A stretch of 32,000 nucleotides of DNA from NCBI RefSeq assembly GCF_000011805.1, contig NC_006841.2. One strand, given 5' to 3'. Origin of the DNA: Aliivibrio fischeri ES114. Lineage in GTDB: Bacteria; Pseudomonadota; Gammaproteobacteria; Enterobacterales; Vibrionaceae. A program made the translations under genes and the position numbers. This document shows positions 26,797 through 32,000 of this stretch, piece after piece (positions within the stretch are counted from its first letter, which is position 1; every line of letters starts with the position of its first letter). The notes under the pieces were generated by a model that saw only the letters and a program-made list of their open reading frames with translations, was not told where the DNA came from and made no database searches.

Positions 26797-27612
26797 ATGT
26801 TAAGGTCTGCTCATCATTCATGGACAGATTATTTTATTACCCTCATGTATCAGCTTGTCGATGCGTCGTTTGAAATCGACGGAAAAACAATTTTATCTCC
26901 TACATGTTTATCTTTTCCTACCAATAAAGTTACCACGCTCTTAGGACACAATGGGTGCGGCAAATCTACACTAATGAAATTACTTAGTCGTCAAAATACA
27001 CCGTCATCAGGTCATGTGCTATTTGATGACAAATCAATTAACCAACTTTCACAGCAAGATTTTGCATTGCAGGTTGCTTATTTACCTCAACACCCTCCGA
27101 TTACTGATGGTGTGACGGTTCGTGAATTGGTTTATTTTGGACGTTATCCATGGAAAGGAGCATTTGGACGCTATAGTAAAAAAGACAATCAATTGGTCGA
27201 TGAGGCAATTGAAAAGGTGGGGTTGACGCCATTTCGAGATCGTTTTGTCGCGACATTATCTGGTGGTGAGAGGCAGAGGGCTTGGGTTGCAATGTTATTG
27301 GCTCAACAAAGTCAGTGTATTTTATTGGATGAACCCACATCAGCATTAGATATTGCGCATCAATATGAATTATTGGCCTTGATAAGAGAGTTAAATCAAA
27401 CCCTAAATCTAACCGTCATTATGGTATTACATGATATCAATATGGCTGCGAAATTTAGCGATCATTTGATTGCTCTGCATTCTGGATGTGTTATTGCGCA
27501 AGGATCGCCAGAGAGTGTGATGAATACTCAAACGTTAAAGCAAATTTACGGTATGGATTTAGCGTTATTTTCTCATCCTGATACAGGGAAAGTGATCAGT
27601 TACATCCCTTAA
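26797..27612 (+). CDS. fhuC: ferric hydroxamate ABC transporter ATP-binding protein FhuC
   Basis: Collinear with E. coli FhuC: GHNGCGKSTL, VAYLPQ, VRELVxxGRYPW, LSGGERQRAWxAMLxAQ, LLDEPTSALDIAHQ and VLHDINMAA. An alternative start is the ATG at 26845. Confidence 0.9.
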   Translation: MLRSAHHSWTDYFITLMYQLVDASFEIDGKTILSPTCLSFPTNKVTTLLGHNGCGKSTLMKLLSRQNTPSSGHVLFDDKSINQLSQQDFALQVAYLPQHPPITDGVTVRELVYFGRYPWKGAFGRYSKKDNQLVDEAIEKVGLTPFRDRFVATLSGGERQRAWVAMLLAQQSQCILLDEPTSALDIAHQYELLALIRELNQTLNLTVIMVLHDINMAAKFSDHLIALHSGCVIAQGSPESVMNTQTLKQIYGMDLALFSHPDTGKVISYIP

Positions 27613-27650
27613 TTGATGGAAATAAGATAATCAGAAAAGGAAAACAAAAT

Positions 27651-28544
27651 ATGTATAAAGTGATTAGCCTGATTATGTTGGCTCTATATGCTATGTCTTC
27701 ACAAGCGATTGAGATTAAGCACGAATTAGGCTTTACAGAGATTGAGGTTACGCCACAAAAAATTGTAGCGTTAGATTGGGTGTTAGCCGAAACCGTTTTA
27801 AGTTTGGGAGTGGAACCATTGGGCGTTGCGGATGCGAAAGGATATCAAGCGTGGGTGATGGCTCCTAAGTTGCCTTCGAACGTATTGGATGTAGGTTCAC
27901 GACGAGAGCCAAATTTAGAGTTGCTTACAGAGTTGAACCCTGATGTTATTTTGATTAGTCAGCACATGAGTGCGATGTATGAGAAATTAAGCACGATTGC
28001 TCCCACTTTGGTTTATACCGTCTATAGCAATAAAAAATCGCCATTAATTGCCGCGAAAGGCATAACTATTCAGTTAGGCCGTTTGTTGGATAAAGAACAG
28101 CAAGCGTTACAATTGATCGACCAAACGGAAAAAAAACTGATTGAGAATGGCGACAAAATACGACTCTTGCAACAACAAGAAAAGCCGCTGCTTTTTGTTC
28201 GTTTTATTAATGACAAAACCGTTCGTATTCATAGTGAGGGATCATTAGCACAATCGACAATCAATGCTATGGGGTTAACAAACGCTTGGCACGAACCGAC
28301 AAATTTGTGGGGATTCACGACCGCAGGTATTGAGAAACTCGCGCAATATCAACAAGCGAATGTGCTTATCTTTGGTCCATTAAAGGAAGAAGAGAAAGTA
28401 AAACTGACTCAATCCGCCTTGTGGCAAGCGATGGCATTTACACGTACCGGTTCAGTTTATGAACTTCCTGCTATTTGGACTTTTGGTGGGTTAATTTCGG
28501 CACAACGTTTCAGTGATCATATAACTCAACAATTGACTCAATAA
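27651..28544 (+). CDS. fhuD: ferric hydroxamate periplasmic binding protein FhuD
   Basis: Signal peptide, then KIVALDWVLAETVLSLGVEPLGVAD, similar to the FhuD N-lobe. It sits in the fhuC-D-B order. Confidence 0.85.
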   Translation: MYKVISLIMLALYAMSSQAIEIKHELGFTEIEVTPQKIVALDWVLAETVLSLGVEPLGVADAKGYQAWVMAPKLPSNVLDVGSRREPNLELLTELNPDVILISQHMSAMYEKLSTIAPTLVYTVYSNKKSPLIAAKGITIQLGRLLDKEQQALQLIDQTEKKLIENGDKIRLLQQQEKPLLFVRFINDKTVRIHSEGSLAQSTINAMGLTNAWHEPTNLWGFTTAGIEKLAQYQQANVLIFGPLKEEEKVKLTQSALWQAMAFTRTGSVYELPAIWTFGGLISAQRFSDHITQQLTQ

Positions 28545-28556
28545 CGGATAAAACGA

Positions 28557-30560
28557 ATGCGCGTATCAAGTGTACTAGGTAAGCCTAAAATAGGTAGCAG
28601 TAGAACAGGACTAAATATTGGCATTATTGTCTTGATGTGTATTGTTTTATTGAGTTTATTGCAATGGACGGCTCCTTATTCTCAAGGCATCGATTTATTA
28701 TGGAAAACCGTATTTCATTATGATTCATCTGATTATCAACAATTAATTACGTATTTAACTTATCTTCCTCGTTTATCCATTGCTGTGTTATCAGGTTTTG
28801 GTTTGGCAATTGCTGGTTGTGTTATGCAGTTTGTATTACGTAACCCTATTGCTTCACCAACGACGTTAGGGGTTGCTGCTGGAGCTGAATTGGGGATGGT
28901 TCTTGGTATTTTGTTTTTACCTGTTAGTAGTTCTATTAGTGGTTTTATTCCCGCATTTTTAGGCGGAGCATTTGCCACCGGGCTAGTGTTTTTATTGTCG
29001 GTAAAACGTGGTTTTTCGCCTGTTCATATGGTGCTAGCTGGAATGGTTGTTAGCCTTTTTTTTGGGTCTTTAAATACCATGCTGTTGTTACTTAATGAGC
29101 AACAATTAACTAGTGTATTTGTATGGGGGGCGGGTACATTAAATCAAAATGATTGGAGTAGTGTATCAAGGCTTATTCCATTGATTACCTTTCCTGTTAT
29201 CACGATCTTGTTACTTGCTCGTCCCTTGTCCGCACTTCAATTAGGTGATCATGTAGCTTCCTCTATCGGCATTAATATAAAGCAGATTAAAGTTATATCG
29301 TTGACCTTAGCTATATTTATTACCGCAGCAGTGGTAAGTGAAGTTGGTTTGATTGGCTTTGTTGGCATAGTTGCTCCAGCCATAGCTCGAATGTGTGGTG
29401 CAAGAGGATTACCTACTCAAATTTTAATGAGCGGTAGTATTGGCAGTGTAATGCTTTTGTTTGCCGATTTAATTATACAGCCATTTTCAGGTGTGGGTGG
29501 TGAGTTATTACCAACGGGAGCCATGACTGCATTACTTGGTGCCCCTTTTTTGTTGTGGTTATTAAATCGACAACAATTACAGTCAGAGATGAAGGTGAGA
29601 GAAACCTCGCAAATTGTTTATCGGGTAAGAAGCCTTAGATTTGTTATTGTTCCATTGTCTTTATTGATTGTTGTTTTGTTTATTGGTGCAGCATTACTTG
29701 GTAAAGGCCAACTTGGCTGGGCGGTAACTTTTGACATATCCATTATCGAGTTAAGAATACCACGAGTATTTGTTGCGTTCTTAGCCGGGGTTGGGCTAGC
29801 CATTGCTGGCACTGTGATTCAAAGGGTGTCAATGAACCCAATGGCAAGCCCTGAGATTTTAGGAATTAGCTCTGGTGCGGCACTGGCGTTAGTTTTAGGT
29901 GCCGTTTCTGGTGTTGCAATCAACAGGCATGAACAGATGTTACTGGGTACTTTAGGGGCATTAATCGTCACGTTTGTTATTTGGATTATGGGAAGAAAAC
30001 ATCATTTTGCTCCAACTCAAATGCTTCTAACGGGGATAGCTTTAAGTGCAGGGTTAGATGCGTTTTTACGAATTGCTTTATCATCAGGACAAGATAACGT
30101 TAAAGCGCTATTAACCTGGTTGTCTGGTTCAACTTACTTAGTTTCGATGAATGATGTGTATTTGCTTGCCGTAGGGGTATCGTTGTTTTTTATTTTCGCG
30201 ATGAAATCACATCGATGGCTAGATTTAATGGGATTAGGAGACACGGTAGCGAGCAGTGTTGGTCTATGTTGTCGTCGAGTTCGATTGTTTTTATTATTGT
30301 TTGTTGCCGCACTAACCACCTTATGTACGATTATTATCGGACCTCTTAGTTTTATTGGTTTATTAGCTCCTCATATGGCTCGCTCACTCCATCAATATCA
30401 AGCTTCACATCAACTCATTGCAGCGAGTTTGTTAGGCGGTTGTTTAATGATTTTAGCGGATTGGATAGGGCGAGTGATGTGGTTTCCATGGCAATTCCCG
30501 GCTGGATTATTGGCATCATTAATTGGCGGTATCTACTTCTTATATTTAATGCGAAAGTAA
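28557..30560 (+). CDS. fhuB: ferric hydroxamate ABC permease FhuB (duplicated FecCD-type permease)
   Basis: 667 aa with two internally homologous FecCD halves (both contain NP[IM]ASP..LG[VI]..GA). Confidence 0.9.
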   Translation: MRVSSVLGKPKIGSSRTGLNIGIIVLMCIVLLSLLQWTAPYSQGIDLLWKTVFHYDSSDYQQLITYLTYLPRLSIAVLSGFGLAIAGCVMQFVLRNPIASPTTLGVAAGAELGMVLGILFLPVSSSISGFIPAFLGGAFATGLVFLLSVKRGFSPVHMVLAGMVVSLFFGSLNTMLLLLNEQQLTSVFVWGAGTLNQNDWSSVSRLIPLITFPVITILLLARPLSALQLGDHVASSIGINIKQIKVISLTLAIFITAAVVSEVGLIGFVGIVAPAIARMCGARGLPTQILMSGSIGSVMLLFADLIIQPFSGVGGELLPTGAMTALLGAPFLLWLLNRQQLQSEMKVRETSQIVYRVRSLRFVIVPLSLLIVVLFIGAALLGKGQLGWAVTFDISIIELRIPRVFVAFLAGVGLAIAGTVIQRVSMNPMASPEILGISSGAALALVLGAVSGVAINRHEQMLLGTLGALIVTFVIWIMGRKHHFAPTQMLLTGIALSAGLDAFLRIALSSGQDNVKALLTWLSGSTYLVSMNDVYLLAVGVSLFFIFAMKSHRWLDLMGLGDTVASSVGLCCRRVRLFLLLFVAALTTLCTIIIGPLSFIGLLAPHMARSLHQYQASHQLIAASLLGGCLMILADWIGRVMWFPWQFPAGLLASLIGGIYFLYLMRK

Positions 30561-30654
30561 TATCCTTATTTTAACTATTGATATTAAACATATTTTTATG
30601 ATGTTGCACAAGATTTAAATTATTTTATAAATTCGCTAAAAAACAGTTGATCAT

Positions 30655-30673
30655 TTTAATGAGAATCATTAGC
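30655..30673. promoter_or_regulatory. candidate Fur box upstream of the IucA-like gene
   Basis: tttaatgagaatcattagc matches 15/19 positions of GATAATGATAATCATTATC. It lies 36 nt upstream of the ATG. Confidence 0.55.
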
Positions 30674-30708
30674 ATTCGCATTCGTTAATTAAAAACAACG
30701 GAAATGTT

Positions 30709-32000
30709 ATGAAAACTAATGATGAGTTTGATTATGCAATAAGGGGAGGGAATGATGTTCCTGCTGCCTGTTTCCTTAATTCTTTGGCTAGAGAATGCGC
30801 TGCAATTCAAATAATAAACAATCAATATGAAGCTTATTATCGAATTCCCTTAGGAAGTACTGATGAGATTCAAATTCCATTAAATTACGTTTCATCAGTT
30901 GGTCTACATGAATATTGCTTCCCTGCAGTATTGTATGCCGAGGAGTCCAGAGCCATCGGCTTTGAAGAGGTCGTAGAGAAAATATTAGAACAACCAGCGT
31001 TGGTAGGGCTAATAACGAAAGAACAGAAAGAAACTTTTCTAGAGCGAGTAAATGAAAGTTACAGTAATACGTATTTTGGAGCCAGAAATAACCCATATTC
31101 AACGATTCTATTCTCTGAAGCACTAAATTTTCAACAAGCAGAACAAGGTTTGCTGATTGGACACTCTTTCCATCCTGCCCCTAAAAGTCGTGAGCAATTC
31201 AGTGAAGAAGATGCGAGAAGGTATTCTCCCGAGCTAGGGGGTGAGTTTGCTTTATGTTGGTTAGTTGTTGATTCATCAATTCTTATTTCTGGTTCTTCTG
31301 GACAGTACAATGCGAAAGAGCGGTTAGAGCAACTGGTTTCTCAAGATCATCTTTTATCTTTAGCCTTGAGTGGTGTTATTCATGAAGGGGAACACCTTTT
31401 TCCCGTTCATCCTTGGCAGTGGACGGTCTTACAAGAGAATGAAGATATTCAAACTTATATTCAGTCTGGCTTAATTAGAGAGCTTGGTGAGATCGGTTCA
31501 GCATGGTATCCAACCTCATCAACTCGTTCGCTGTATTCACCAACTTTACCGTATATGTTGAAGTTTTCATTAAGTGTGAAGTTAACCAATTCCATTCGTA
31601 ATTTATCTTTAAAAGAAGTGATACGCGGAACCCGATTAAACCAATTATTTTATGATACTGAGTTAAGTAATGAATTGGGACAAGAACAAGGTTTTCAAGT
31701 TATGCAAGAACCCAGTTATTTGGGGTTAACCAACAAATCGGGTGAGGTGATAGACGAGAGTCTTGTGGCATTTCGTGATAACCCATTAAGTTCAAAGCCG
31801 GAAGAAGAAGCCGTAGTTCTTGCCACGTTAACACAACAAAATCCTTATGGTGGTGAAAGTTTATTAGCGAAAAGAATCAAGCATTATGCAAATTCGTCCC
31901 AGCAGTCGTTATCCCAAGTGGCTGAGCAATGGTTTAGCGCTTATTGTCAGTATGCGGTTATCCCTTTATTTAACCTTCAAGCTAATTATGGTTTGGTTTT
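30709..32000 (+). CDS. iucA: IucA/IucC-family NRPS-independent siderophore synthetase, 5' portion (runs off the window end)
   Basis: Hand translation from ATG 30709 gives 430 codons with no stop. Family hallmarks are ACFLNSLAREC, GHSFHPAPKSRE, VHPWQW, PTSSTRSL and KLTNSIRNLS. It is not in the ORF track because it is truncated. The track's minus ORF 30788..31123 is its antisense shadow. The iucA assignment, as opposed to another NIS synthetase, rests on the N-terminal similarity and the fhu context. Confidence 0.8.
   Translation, partial: MKTNDEFDYAIRGGNDVPAACFLNSLARECAAIQIINNQYEAYYRIPLGSTDEIQIPLNYVSSVGLHEYCFPAVLYAEESRAIGFEEVVEKILEQPALVGLITKEQKETFLERVNESYSNTYFGARNNPYSTILFSEALNFQQAEQGLLIGHSFHPAPKSREQFSEEDARRYSPELGGEFALCWLVVDSSILISGSSGQYNAKERLEQLVSQDHLLSLALSGVIHEGEHLFPVHPWQWTVLQENEDIQTYIQSGLIRELGEIGSAWYPTSSTRSLYSPTLPYMLKFSLSVKLTNSIRNLSLKEVIRGTRLNQLFYDTELSNELGQEQGFQVMQEPSYLGLTNKSGEVIDESLVAFRDNPLSSKPEEEAVVLATLTQQNPYGGESLLAKRIKHYANSSQQSLSQVAEQWFSAYCQYAVIPLFNLQANYGLV

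Noticed and set aside
5190-30319. The remaining short track ORFs nested antisense or out of frame within larger genes. They are 5190..5408, 5767..6078, 8268..8465, 10670..10879, 11486..11755, 11822..12019, 12568..12771, 13575..13784, 14160..14378, 15051..15287, 16308..16508, 17005..17205, 17997..18242, 20766..20966, 21036..21305, 24807..25007, 25347..25571, 25836..26036, 27101..27346, 28760..28978, 29618..29812 and 30134..30319.
   Set aside because: Each overlaps a longer ORF with clear family motifs. Their compositions are typical of shadow frames, and none has a convincing RBS.
30788-31123. The 111-aa minus-strand ORF listed in the track.
   Set aside because: It lies wholly inside, and antisense to, the unlisted IucA/IucC-family ORF that starts at 30709 and carries strong family motifs.
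1-32000. CRISPR arrays, tRNA/rRNA genes, IS elements or transposases, integrases, retron/RT or prophage modules.
   Set aside because: I saw no regularly spaced short repeats, no RNA-gene-like conserved segments, and no ORF with transposase, integrase or RT motifs. This was a by-eye assessment only.

Overview
This looks like a Vibrionaceae chromosomal segment, probably Aliivibrio. That call is an inference from GbpA, EmrD, FhuCDB/IucA-type gene content and AT-rich coding; no search was run. I saw no rRNA, tRNA, CRISPR array, transposase or integrase.

The left ~6 kb reads as an accessory conflict/defence-type island:
- the 5' part of a NERD-domain gene that runs off the window;
- a candidate modification-dependent (type IV) restriction enzyme, with a sulfur-binding-domain-like N-terminus and an HNH nuclease;
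- a small-molecule-type SAM methyltransferase that overlaps it convergently;
- a DUF900-type alpha/beta hydrolase, then an Imm11/DUF1629-like 179-aa gene, then an orphan copy of the last 33 codons of the hydrolase gene;
- a possible 40-aa membrane peptide and a 315-aa Zn-ribbon/acidic orphan protein.

The hydrolase locus is the most interesting part. The orphan copy differs from the resident gene at 9 of 100 nt, and 7 of those changes are synonymous. Toxin, immunity gene, then displaced toxin tail is the layout of a polymorphic toxin-immunity cassette. This pairing is my best candidate for an undescribed system.

The remaining ~26 kb is mostly recognisable:
- a frameshifted DASS transporter and a stand-alone PflB-like glycyl-radical enzyme;
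- gbpA and a convergent secreted Cys-rich protein;
- ygjP, a YkgJ-family protein, a YebC-family regulator, rhlE, emrD and dbpA;
- two collinear paralogous sensor diguanylate cyclases;
- a Fur-box-decorated siderophore block: FhuF-like reductase, MFS transporter, fhuCDB, and the 5' part of an IucA/IucC synthetase running off the right edge.

All functional calls rest on remembered family motifs and hand translation. They need HMM or BLAST confirmation.
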